Source: Octopus vulgaris
Lineage: Eukaryota
Length of the DNA: 64,000 bases
Direction: 5' to 3'
Assembly: GCA_951406725.2 (NCBI GenBank)
Contig: OX597830.1
Coordinates: forward strand, 50,282,001-50,346,000
The notes under the pieces are model-generated. The model worked only from the letters and a program-made list of their open reading frames with translations, was not told the origin of the DNA and did no database searches. Position 1 is the stretch's first letter, and each line of letters opens with the position of its first letter. Shown one piece after another: positions 38,224 to 50,350 of this stretch. The translations under genes and the position numbers were made by a program.

Positions 38224-38227
<4 letters not shown>
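37587..38227. repeat. Foldback palindrome (~210-bp arms) with SINE D inserted in the right arm
   Basis: 37587-37796 pairs with 37799-37894 plus 38121-38227; SINE D occupies 37895-38120. Confidence 0.92.
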
Positions 38228-38294
<67 letters not shown>

Positions 38295-38546
38295 TGTACT
38301 CTCCCATTGAAGATGATGTATGAGTGTTCAGCGTTTGCTGAATGACCTACATTAGCTCACTCCCTCCATGAAATTGACGTCGCTTCAACAGGTGCATCAT
38401 ATACAACACGTCAGGTGTTAAAGTGATCAAAGAGCAATGGGAGATGTAGCACTTTGCTCAAGAACATAACACACTACCCAGTCTAGGAATTGAAACTACG
38501 GTCTTGAGTTATTTAGAATATTTTAAATAGGGTAAGGTGATTTGAA

Positions 38547-38878
38547 GTCTTACAGCAGCCCTTTCTGGGATAACCCAAGTGATTGGTTAGCCTGTCTGTG
38601 CACTGGGTATTCTGTCACCAGAGACAAGGTATGAATACTTTAGATGGGGAAAATTTACGGTTTACAAGGAATAAAATTCACAGTTTATAAGGAATAAAAT
38701 AGAAAAATAAAGGAGTGAAAATAGAAGAATAAAATATGAGGTATTTTGCAGCTTTTTTCTTCTATTTTATTTCTTATAAACTGGGAATTTTCCATGTCTA
38801 AAATATTCATACCTTGTCTCTGATGAGGGAATATCTAGTGCATGGACATGCCAACCAACTACTCGAGTTATCTCAAAA
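38547..38878. mobile_element. Inverted pLTR-like pair, each arm with a long-stem-II HHR motif
   Basis: Minus: GTCT-CTGGTGA-C...TATCCCA-GAAA-GGGCTGCTG-TA-AGAC (38547-38625). Plus: GTCT-CTGATGA-GGGAATATC...TATCTC-AAAA (38816-38878). Confidence 0.7.
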
Positions 38879-38883
38879 TGATG

Positions 38884-38934
<51 letters not shown>

Positions 38935-39008
38935 GTAAATATATATAATATATGCATATATATATACATATATATATATACACATATGTAAATATATATA
39001 ATATATGC

Positions 39009-39044
<36 letters not shown>

Positions 39045-39383
39045 GTAAATATATATAATATACACATATATATATACATAATGCATATATATATATATAT
39101 ATTCATACATACAAATATAAATATATATACATATATATATTAAACAGAAAATGGATCAATATTTCTCCATTTTCTGTTTACTTAAAATTATATTTCTAAT
39201 AAACTCAGGTTTATCTTGGCCATTACCCATAATCGATGAACATAATATGCTTGTATATATATATGTCCAGGGTTAACATAGGTAATTACACTACTGGTAG
39301 TATAACGGATACTTTTATCCCTTAGACGGCTATTCCAGCCTGTAACTCTACTAACCTTTATACATATATACATATTTATAAAC

Positions 39384-39414
<31 letters not shown>

Positions 39415-39537
39415 TACATATATATACATATATACAGTAAAAGTAATTAAGATTCAAGTGAGTTCTGTTGAATTCACATGAATGAGGTACTTAAGTGTAG
39501 CCTCACCCCCTTAGATGTTTTGAGAACTCAGATGTTT

Positions 39538-39627
39538 TTTCGGCTGATGAGTATGGGTCACGTGTATTTGCTGCAATATTTGCAGCCTTAATAAAGGTGG
39601 TCTTCGTACGAAACAATTGTACCAAAA
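39538..39627 (+). ncRNA. Type I hammerhead ribozyme with extended stem II
   Basis: TTTCGG-CTGATGA-GTAT GGGTCAC...GCTGCAA(TAT)TTGCAGC...GTGGTCT TC GTAC-GAAA-CAATTG-TA^CCAAAA; palindromic stem III ACAATTGT. Confidence 0.85.
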
Positions 39628-40090
39628 TATTGATCCATTTTTGTTGCTTTTTTCTTGCTTATATACATATATATATATATACAAATACATATAGATATTC
39701 ATCATTATCATCATTTAACATCTGTTGTCCAGGATGGCATGGGTCAGACAGTTTGACTGTCTGATTTGGCATGGTTTTTCTCCAGTCTGATTTGGCATGG
39801 TTTTTCTACAGCTGGATGCCCTTCCTAACACCAACCACTCCAACAGGGTAATGGGTGCATTCATGTGTCACCAGCACAGGTGCCACTTGCATGACTCCGG
39901 TATCTGCCATGACAGTGATTCTGCTTGGCTTGGTCGGTCTTCTCAAGCACAACATAATGCCAAAGGTATATGAGTATATATACACATACATATACACACA
40001 CACATACATATATACATACATATGTGCATAAATATATAGATAGATAGACAAATAGATAGAAAGATAGAAAGATAGATACATGTATGCATA

Positions 40091-40896
40091 TATAATCAAA
40101 ATAAGCAACAAGGATATCCAAAGGTTGTGCAGTACAATCGTTTCATGCGACTTCATTTAATTATAACATGCAGGTATTACATCAGTTTTAAAATGTAGAG
40201 CAACCTTCAGCTGCATATGGAATTTTTTTAGTTAAATTGACAAGAAACATTTTTATACTTATTCTATTCACCAACATTACAAAGAGGGTAGGTATATAGA
40301 AAGAGAGGTGAAATTCATCAGTAGAAACATGGTAGTAAATCTACCATGTTTCTGATGATGCAGTCGAAGATTGCTCTACATTTTAAAACTGATGTAATAC
40401 TTGCATTCATCATCATCATCATCATCATCGTTTAGCGTTCGTTTTCCATGCTAGCATGGGTTGGACGGTTCTACTGGGGTCTGTGAAGCCTTCTGGCTTC
40501 ATCAGGCCCAGTCAAATCTGGCAGTGTTTCTACGGCTGGATACCCTTCCTAACGCCAACCACTCCGTGAGTGTAGTGGGTGCTTTTTACGTGCCACCCAC
40601 ACAGGTGCCAGACAGAGCTGGCAAACGGCCACGAACAGATGGTGCTTTTTATGTGCCACCGGCACGGGGGCCAGGCGAGGCTGGCAACGGACACGAACGG
40701 ATGGTGCTTTTTACGTGCCACCGGCACAAGGCCAGTCAGGGCGGCGCTGGCAACGCTCGCGAAACGGAAGGTTCTTTTACATGCCACCGGCACTGGTAAC
40801 ACATCTGCAATGTGTTAATTAAATCTTTAATTAAATGAAGTAGCATGAAACTAACTGCACTAACTTTGGATATCCTTGTTGCTTATTTTGATTATA
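40091..40896. repeat. Long inverted repeat split by an RTE-tailed SINE (40408-40810); contains a split HHR core
   Basis: 40091-40217 pairs with 40358-40406 plus 40817-40896. CTGATGA-TGC at 40352, GCAT-GAAA at ~40833-40840. Confidence 0.75.
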
Positions 40897-42124
40897 ATCA
40901 CCCCATTTGATTTATATGGATAATACCATACCAAATTCTGGTGCCTTTAACTTAAGTACCATATTCATCTGAATATAAATTTTGCTGAACCTATATATAT
41001 ATATATATGTATACATACATATATACAAGTAGAAAGATATATTATTTCTACATGTAAATACTGAACAGAATATATAAGGGATAGAATTTGGCTGTTAAGT
41101 AAATAATGTGACAAAGTGCACCTCAACCCCAGGGAGTTTCATGTAGGGCACTTGTCAAATTCTGATCGGGACAAAATCTTGAAAACCTCAGATCTTTAGT
41201 AATTTTTTGTAACATCACAGTCCACATAATGTGAATGTATGTATGTGTGTATGTGTGTGAGCATGTGTGTGTGTGTAAAGGAAATGGTGGCAGTAGTGGT
41301 GGTGGTAAACAGTGGTAAGCCATATGATTATGAAACAGAAGTTTACCACATGGCACCTTCAGGACGGTGTATAAGGTAGGATCTAACAACAGCTGACACA
41401 GTTTGACAGTTTGTGTAATGTCACAGTTGACCCAGTATCGCACCAGAGGGTTTGTGTGTGTGTGTGTGTATATATTTATATACATATATATATATATACA
41501 TATATATATATTTAAGATAGCACTGTGTCACAGATGAAGATGTCGCTATAGTTTCATGGATGCAAGTATAATGGAATATATATGTGTTGGGTAGCTGTTA
41601 TGTGTTTTGTGTGTGTGTATGTTTGCATGTATGTATGTGTGCGTGCGTGTGTGTGTGTATGTGTGTGAGCATAGTAAAGTTTGATAATGACTTAAGTTTT
41701 ACCATGTGTTGGCTTTGATAGATGGATTATCTTCTTTGATTTATTCCAGTTCTTGGGCTGCAGCCATGCTGGGGCATTGCCTCTAAGAATTTCTGATTGA
41801 ATAAATCAGCCCTAGTACTCATTTACTTTTTTAAGCCTGTTAATTAATCTAACCGTCTTTGTTGCAGAACAGCGAAATTATGGGGATGCAAATATACCAA
41901 CACCGGTTGCCAAGGAGGGGAACAAACACAAGGGCACTACACTTTCTGGAGTGGTAGGCATTAAGAAGGACATCGAGCCATAGAAACATAGTCAAAACAG
42001 ACTGGAACCTGGTACAGCTCTCTGGCTTACTAGTTCTAGTCAAACCATATAACTCATGCCGGCATGGGAACTAGATCCTAAATGATGATGAAGATGAAGA
42101 TGAGGATGATATATATATATATAT

Positions 42125-42527
42125 AGTGGCTATGTGGTAAGTAGCTTGCTTCCCAACCACATGGCTCTGGATTCAGTCCCACTGTGTGGCACCTTGGGCA
42201 AGTGTCTTCTACTATAGCCTCGGGCTGACCGAAGACTTGTGAGTGCATTTGGTAGAGGGAAACTGAGTATTTGGTAGAAGCCCATCATATATATATGTGT
42301 ATGCGTGTGTGTGTATATGTCTGCTTCCCTGCCTCCCACTATTGCTTGACAACCAATGTTGGTGTGTATTCGTCCCATAACTTAGTGGTTCAGCAAAAGA
42401 GACCAATAGAGTAAGCACTAGACGTATAAACAATAAGTCCTGGTGTCGATTTGTATGACTAAAACCCTTTAAAGCAATGCTCCAGCATGGCTGTAGTCAT
42501 ATGAGTGAAACATATAAAAGAATAAAA

Positions 42528-42530
<3 letters not shown>
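42125..42530 (+). mobile_element. SINE family B
   Basis: Full head and tail match. Confidence 0.88.
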
Positions 42531-42574
<44 letters not shown>

Positions 42575-42944
42575 TGTGTATGTTTGTGTCTATACATATA
42601 TATATACATGTAAAAAAATATATATATGTATGTATACATTTTTGAGGAGCCCAGTATTCCACTAGTACTTTGGCCTATTGACTCCAAAAAGATGAAAAGC
42701 AACATTGGATGGATAAATATTCTATATTTTGTGGACTAACAATGTTCCAAATATTCTAAATTGGAATGGTTCAAAACAATTGTGAATTGTTTGTATGCAT
42801 GAAACTATTGGTAGCATAAAATACACACACACATATATATAAATTGTATATATACATACACACATACAAAAAGGTTTGACATTATGCTTGTATATATCTT
42901 GTTTCTTTTGCATGTATATATATATATATATATATATATTAGGT

Positions 42945-43356
42945 ATAAATTATAAACAGGGCAAGCTTTAGCCATTTCTCCGCAAACTGAAAAAATCACG
43001 AACAACTTTAATCGATTTTCAAATCTTACTGGGTTCTTATCAGAGGCATCCACACCATTCTAACAGTCTCCAAAGAAACAAACATCCAAACTGTTTATAT
43101 ACTCAACAAATGCAGCAGTAACTCTATGAAGGACCTCCTAATTTGCATACCAAAAGTGTTTAATACTCTATAAGTACCAGCAGCATGTCAACGGGGATCT
43201 TAATCCACACAGTATTGAGGTGTGATATAATGATTATGTAACATATGGTATAATTATAAACAGGGCAAATTTTAGCCCTTTATCTGCAGACTGAAGAGAT
43301 GATGAACAACCTTAATTGATTTTCAAACCTTATTGGGTTCTCATTAGAGGCTTCCA
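42945..43356 (-). repeat. ~105-bp direct repeat (period 304 bp), each copy with an HHR-like motif
   Basis: Copy 1 (43005-43047): GCCT-CTGATAA-GAACCCAGTAAGATTT-GAAA-ATCGAT-TA-AAGT. Copy 2 (43309-43351): GCCT-CTAATGA-GAACC(CAATAA)GGTTT-GAAA-ATCAAT-TA-AGGT. Confidence 0.75.
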
Positions 43357-43809
43357 TGTATGTATAGAAGCGGTATGCATGTGTGCCCCTGTATATAAAC
43401 ACAACACCAAAGGGATTCCTCTATGTGGTCCATAAGTATGCGAGAAATATAAGCCAGGTGTCCCTCAAATTACACTTAAATGTCTTGATGATGCAATCTG
43501 TGGAACAAGATGGCCATAGAAAGAACATTCGATTTTGAAGGCAACTTCATCAACAACAAGAATCACAGTTAAGAATTTTCTTTTACTATGAAGTTTCTAT
43601 AGCATTACCATCACTACCATCATCATCAACACAACCATAAGAGTAACAACTACCATCACAAAACACACCACCACCACCACCTCATGTCTTTTACTCTTAC
43701 ACACACCCTATCAATATCTTAAGATATACTAATGATTCTGGTAATTTACTGCCTTAGTATCACTATCATCATCATTATCATCATCGACTGATCTTAAATG
43801 ATGATGATA

Positions 43810-44025
43810 CTAAGGCAGTGAACTGGCAGAATCGTTAGCATGCAGGGCAAAATACTTAGCAGCATTTTGTTTGTCTTCACGTTCTGAGTTCAAACTCTGT
43901 CAAGGTCAACTTTGCCTTTTATCCTTCCAGGGTCAATAAAACAAGTAGCAGTCGAGTACTGTGATTGGTGTAATCAACTAAAGACCTCCATCAAAATTGC
44001 TGGCCTTGTGCCAAAATTTAAAATC
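43810..44025 (+). mobile_element. SINE family A
   Basis: Consensus match, degenerate. Confidence 0.8.
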
Positions 44026-44254
44026 AATATCTAGAGATATGCTACTTTGTTCCGAACCATTCTATCCCCTCTCCCTCATTCCCCTCTTATTTCCTTGCAA
44101 CCCCCACAATTATGTTCTGACGCCACACCTCACCTTATAGACCACCTCGAAATCTCTTTCTTGGTTCCTATTTTACCAATATTTGTGGTTCTTGTCTTCA
44201 CTAGCATTTTCATTTCAAAACAAGTTTTTGAAATTCATTCAGACATTGGTGCTA

Positions 44255-44672
44255 GCAGGGCTGTGTGGTAAGAAGCTTGCTTGCCAACCACATTTGTTCC
44301 AGGTTCAGTCCCACTGCCCAGCACTTTGGGCAAGTATCTTTCACTATAGCCTTCGGCTGACTAAAACCTTGTGAGTGGATTTGGTAAATGGAAACTGAAA
44401 GAAGCCCATCGTGTATACATACATATATATATATATATATAGATATATATATACATGTGTCTGTCTTTGTGTCTGTATTTATCACCCATCCTTACTTGAC
44501 AATCAGTGCTGGTATGTTTATATCTCCGTAACTTAGTGGTTTGGCAAAGGCAACTGATAGAGTAAGTACTAAGCTTAAAAACTGAGTCCTGGGCTGGATT
44601 TGTTCAACTAAAACCATTCAAGGTAGTGCCCGATCATAGCCACAGTCAAATGACTGAACTATGTAAAAGATA
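44255..44672 (+). mobile_element. SINE family B
   Basis: Full head and tail match. Confidence 0.85.
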
Positions 44673-44721
44673 AGATTCAAAACTCTTTGGACATCCAAAT
44701 CACAAACAACCAAGGGCTAAA

Positions 44722-45547
44722 TAACACTGATATCTCATTTTAAAACACTGACATCTCATTTAACAGACATCTCATTTTAACAGATATATTTATCAGAATT
44801 ACATAAAAATATTTTGAGATACTAAAGAGTATATTTATTCAATAAAATCGCCATTGGCTTCAACCATGGCCTCCAGACGACTTCGAAATCTCCTGCAACT
44901 CTTCTGGACAGTCTCCTTGTTTAAGTTGTTGAATGCAGCCATAATCCTTGCCTTCAGTTCATCTTTGGTGTCACAAGGAGTTTTCTTGGTCTCTCACTCA
45001 CCTGCGCCTCACACATAATAATCAACTTGCAGTCTGGGGTGTTAGGTGACCAGATGCCATGGGTGATGTGGTTGTAGAACTTCTCTGACAATCATGACTG
45101 GCTTCTCCTGCTTGTGTGGCATGGTGCAGACATAGAGTCTTTCAGCAGCCACCCTCTTGACCCAGGGCAGCACTACTTCCTCCAGGCAGTTGATGTATGC
45201 CTCTGTGTTGAGGCTGAGTCTGTGTGGGAAGATGAATAGAGGCATAACATCACCATCACTAGTGATCACTCCAAACACCATATGTCCTCATATTGCACTG
45301 TCCTCAAATTAACACACAAACACTCAGAAATGTTCATATTGGAGGTTCTGGCATAAATGCCATGAATAACACCATGTTGTTTCCAAATTTCTAGCAGAGA
45401 GAATTGCGTCATTGTGCTGTTTTTCTCAGTGAGTGCCTAACTGACCCTACTATACTGTGTAGTAGACAAAGTCAAAAACAAACTATGTGCATGCACAAAA
45501 TTGGAAATGTAAAAGGATAAAATGACGAGTTTACCCATCGCATCCAG
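44722..45547 (-). mobile_element. Internally deleted copy of the maT element at 36172-37467
   Basis: ORF 45042-45281 MVFGVITSDGDVMPLFIFPH...LEEVVLPWVKRV; 5' TIR at ~45523-45547 followed by TA. Confidence 0.88.
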
Positions 45548-45580
45548 TATATATACATGTCGATACATACATATATATAT

Positions 45581-45656
<76 letters not shown>

Positions 45657-45666
45657 ACATGTAAAC

Positions 45667-45698
<32 letters not shown>

Positions 45699-45888
45699 AT
45701 ATTATGCATAAATAAATATATATACATATAGGAGAGTATTGTTGTGCCATTCAAGAATTATATTTTACATATACGTATATATATACATGTATATGCATAT
45801 ACATATAAATACATAAGCAAACATATACATACATATAGATATATACATACACATATATATATACATATACATACATATATATATATAC

Positions 45889-45927
<39 letters not shown>

Positions 45928-46083
45928 CATATATATATACATATATATACATATATATACATGCACACGCACACACACACACACATATATATATACACAC
46001 TATACCTAAGTATACATATACACATATAAATATATACATATATATATATATACATACACATATATAGGTACACATATACATAC

Positions 46084-46152
<69 letters not shown>

Positions 46153-46613
46153 CATACATAAAGTATAATCGGTGTGTGTGTGTGTGTGTTTAGACTACAA
46201 GCCACAGTTAGAAAGAGATGCATGATTCACTTTCCGCAAGACAAATTTTTTCATTATTAATTTTGAAATATCGATTACAAATGCATTATTGACAAATGCT
46301 TTATGTAAGAAATTTCATGTGTATGCACATGTGTGTGTGTACATGTGTGTGTGTGTGTGTGCATATATCAATGATCCATATAAAAGCACACAAACTCTCA
46401 CACTGAGTCACAGAATGAGGTGAAGATGTCAGTGTATCAATATTCAGCAATATTTATGTATCAATTATTTAATTAAATAATGCAGTTTTTAATGTTTACT
46501 AGGGGATAATGTGAAATGTAAGCTATATTTTGTTTAAAAGTACATGTCATTTATTGTCAAGGGGGCAAGGAAACTTAAGAATTACATCACTTTTTTGTGG
46601 GCACAAAAATAGA

Positions 46614-47206
46614 TCTGGTAAGTTTCAAGTTTTAAACTTTCATCAGAGAAAGATTAACTATCAGTTGTTGCACTGCTATACAATTAGATAGAGCAATCTA
46701 CATCTGCCAGGGTTTGATGACAATATAAGTAGTTATTATATATATAATAACGGTGGTGCCCCAGCATGGCCGCAGCCTTCGAGCTAAAACATTTTTAAGG
46801 ATTTAAGGATATGTTACTACTATCTCTCAGTGGACAGACTGGTTTCAAGACTTTTTAAACCATCATCAGAGAAACGTTTACCATCAATAGATCCACTATT
46901 ACACAGCTAGATAAAGCAAAGTAGCTCTACAACGGTTTGTAGACACTATAAATAGCTATCATATGTTATTAAACATCTCTGGTTAATACTTCAGTGGAGA
47001 GACTGGTTTCAAGACTTTTTAAACCATCATCAGAGAAACATTAATTCTCTGTATATGTACTGTTATATAATTGGATGGAGCAATGTAGCTCTGCTCGGGT
47101 TTGTAGACATTACAAACAGCTTTTATACATTAGTATTTCTTTGGTCAGAAAATTGGTATTGTTTATTCTCTGATGAAGGTTTAATAAGACTAGAAACAAG
47201 TTAGAA
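46614..47206. mobile_element. Tandem array of ~164-bp HHR-bearing units plus one inverted HHR (retrozyme/pLTR-like)
   Basis: TCATCAG (CTGATGA on minus) at 46640, 46863 and 47027 in homologous units; plus-strand HHR at 47166-47206. Confidence 0.8.
47166..47206 (+). ncRNA. Minimal type I hammerhead ribozyme
   Basis: TTCT-CTGATGA-A-GGTTT(AATA)AGACT-A-GAAA-CAAG-TT^AGAA. Confidence 0.7.
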
Positions 47207-47519
47207 ATATATTTCCATTCACGGACAGGTAATGTGACATACACAATTCATTTACTTGCCACAGCAAAGTTAAAAACGTATGTTTAGTGTATAGCACCCG
47301 TGACACTGCTACATGAAAAGTACCCAGCACATTCTGTAAGGTGGTTGGAGTTGGGAAGGGCATCAAACCAAATCTGACAGGAGCCTGATGCAGTGCTCGG
47401 ACTTGCCAGCTCTGGTCGAACCATCCAATCCATTCCAGCATAGAGAACAGATGTCATAGGATTACAATGATGACGATGATGACATGAGTGTATAAGCAGG
47501 AGAGGGAAGAAGTGCTCTC

Positions 47520-47913
47520 TCTTTCTTTACTCTTTTACTTGTTTCAGTCATTTGACTGCGGCCATGCTGGAGCACCGCCTTTAGTCGAGCAAATCGACCC
47601 TGGGACTTATTCTTTGTAAGCCCAGTACTTATTCTATCGGTCTCTTTTGCCAAACCACTAAGTGACGGAGACGTAAACACACCAGCATCGGTTGTCAAGC
47701 GATGCTAGGGCGACAAACACACACAAACACACACACACATATATATATATACATATATACGACAGGCTTCTATCAGTTTCTGTCTACCAAATCCAATCAC
47801 AAGGCATTCGTCAGCCCGAGGCTATAGCAGAAGACACTTGCCCAAGATGCCACGCAGTGGGACTGAACCCGGAACCATGTGGTTGGTTAGCAAGCTACTT
47901 ACCACACAGCCAC
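47520..47913 (-). mobile_element. SINE family B (young copy)
   Basis: Very close to the family consensus, CpGs largely retained. Confidence 0.92.
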
Positions 47914-48551
47914 TACTGTTGTGGACTATTTACTAGAGATCCTCCCTACTAGAATTAGCAGCCAAATCTCACGCAAACCATAGCTTACTAAAGTGACACA
48001 TTACATAATGTAGTCCTAGATATACAAAGGTATAATGCCATTGACCAGAATACGCTGGATTACAGCTGAGATAAGGTCCAAAGCCTGCATTCTATCACTG
48101 TGTTATTACAATGACACAGTAATAACACCACACCATACTATGTATGGCACTACAAAGTACTACAACCACACTGCACTAGTACTACATCATACAATACCAC
48201 ACTATACAACAGCTACACTACAACACATAACATGGCTCCCTACAACTCTGTATGGCATCACACTACACCTCAGTATGCCATACCACATACTGCTAGACCC
48301 TTCACATGTATTAGACAACACTACACTAAATCAGAGCACACCAAGCCACCACTCTACAACAGCACAAACACAAACATTAAATTCCACTAAAGATATTCTT
48401 TGCTTTAATTGGTTTTTTTTTTTGGTTTTTTTAGTTTCATAGAATTTCTTACTTGAGATTTCTTTAATTCCCATGGAAGATTCCAGAGGTGGTGGTGATG
48501 GTGCTAGTGTTGGTGGGATGGAAGTTATGTGTATACATAAATTGTGTGTGT

Positions 48552-48602
<51 letters not shown>

Positions 48603-48699
48603 CATATATATATATACATACACGTGTATAAATGTGTGTGTATATGTATAAGTATATGTGTATATACGTATGTGCGTTTGTGTATATACATAGATATGC

Positions 48700-48719
48700 A
48701 GACAGACAGACAGACAGAC

Positions 48720-48807
<88 letters not shown>

Positions 48808-49265
48808 GGATGGATAGATAGATAGACAGATGAATAGATAGATAGATAGACAGACGGATAAATAGGTAGATAGACAGACAAATAGGTAGGTAGATAGGTG
48901 AATAGATATATAGACACATAGTAAGATAGAGAGATAGATAGATAGATAGATAGATAGATATGTTTCTTTGTTAGGCAGACAGGGCTGAACACAGAGGGGA
49001 CAAATTACAAAATAGAGCCTTTCAGATAGATAGATAGATAACCGGATGAATGGATAGACAGATAGACTGATGGATAGACAGACAGAGATGTATACATGGA
49101 TAGATAGACAGATAGATGGGTAGAAAGACAGACAGATAGACGGATAGATAGACATAGCTAGAAGTACAGACAGATAGAAAGACAGACAGACAGATAGATA
49201 GGTAAATAGATAGATAGACAAACGAATCAATAAAGAGATAGGCAGACAGACAGACGGACAGATAA

Positions 49266-49346
<81 letters not shown>

Positions 49347-49510
49347 CAGATAGACTGATGGATAGACAGACAGATGTATACATGGATAGATAGATAGACA
49401 TAGCTAGGACAGACAGACAGATAGACAGATAGATAAGACAAACGAATCAATAAATAGATAGGCAGACAGATAGACAGACGGATAGATGGACGGACGGACG
49501 GACAGACGAA
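48700..49510. repeat. (GATA)n/(GACA)n microsatellite
   Basis: Long tetranucleotide array with internal duplications. Confidence 0.95.
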
Positions 49511-49859
49511 CAGAACCAAACAGGCGAGGTCAAGATTAGAGTCATCGTGCCTAGACCACCACGACACTAGTGTATACTTCTACATGTGGGAGTGACAAGA
49601 TCAATGAACTGCCCCGACTAAACAGAATATACACGTGGTCACTGGAAGGGCTAGAAACTGCAGTCAAATCCGCGGCGAACCATACACTTCGCTGTTTAAT
49701 AGCAAAAATACAGTGGAAACATTTACTCTTCGATACAATATGTCTGAGAAAACAATAGGAGAGAGTCACGATAGGAAAGTTTTTCATCATAGTTCCGCTC
49801 GATAAGGGCTGACCTTCATTTAAACAACAGTATTACATCACACACACTGCTATTCCAGA

Positions 49860-50350
49860 AACCAGAAGGACTGGCAGGGCGTCCCTAATGTAGTCGCTAG
49901 ACCCGATTTATAATGGTTTTGCCGAGAGGAAGGGGTAGAACAAATAGCCTTCACATGTTCCTCATTGAGATTCCATGCGCTCCTCTTGATGATGACTGCA
50001 GGAAAAACGAGACGGGAATTCCAGAGGGTCAGCATAATTGCGTGGAGGAACTGAATGGCAGTGGTAGTTTCTAGGGTCGTAAGTTGGGGGTGGATGTTAC
50101 AACATGGGTGACCGGAGGAAGACGAGAGAAGAGAAAAACAGGATTGCGTGGGTGGAGACGGAATCAGCCAGCTCCGAAGACCAGATGTGGTTTATAAGTG
50201 GAAGAAAGAGAGTCGAGACAACGGATCCTGTCGTGTTGGCGAAATGGGGACGGGACATCTGTGGTCAGAGGTTGATATGGAAGGATTAAAGAGAAGCGGG
50301 TCATCAGTAGAGCAGAGGTTGGTGGGACGAGAAACAGGACGTCTGTAGAC
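49860..50350 (-). mobile_element. Decayed LINE (CR1/Jockey-like) APE endonuclease region
   Basis: Minus-strand translation ...LCSTDDPLLFNPSISTSDHRCPV resembles the APE C-terminal SDH motif. Confidence 0.5.

Noticed and set aside
41160-41193. HHR-like CTGATCG...GAAA
   Set aside because: Core positions G8 and A9 are wrong and stem I is absent.
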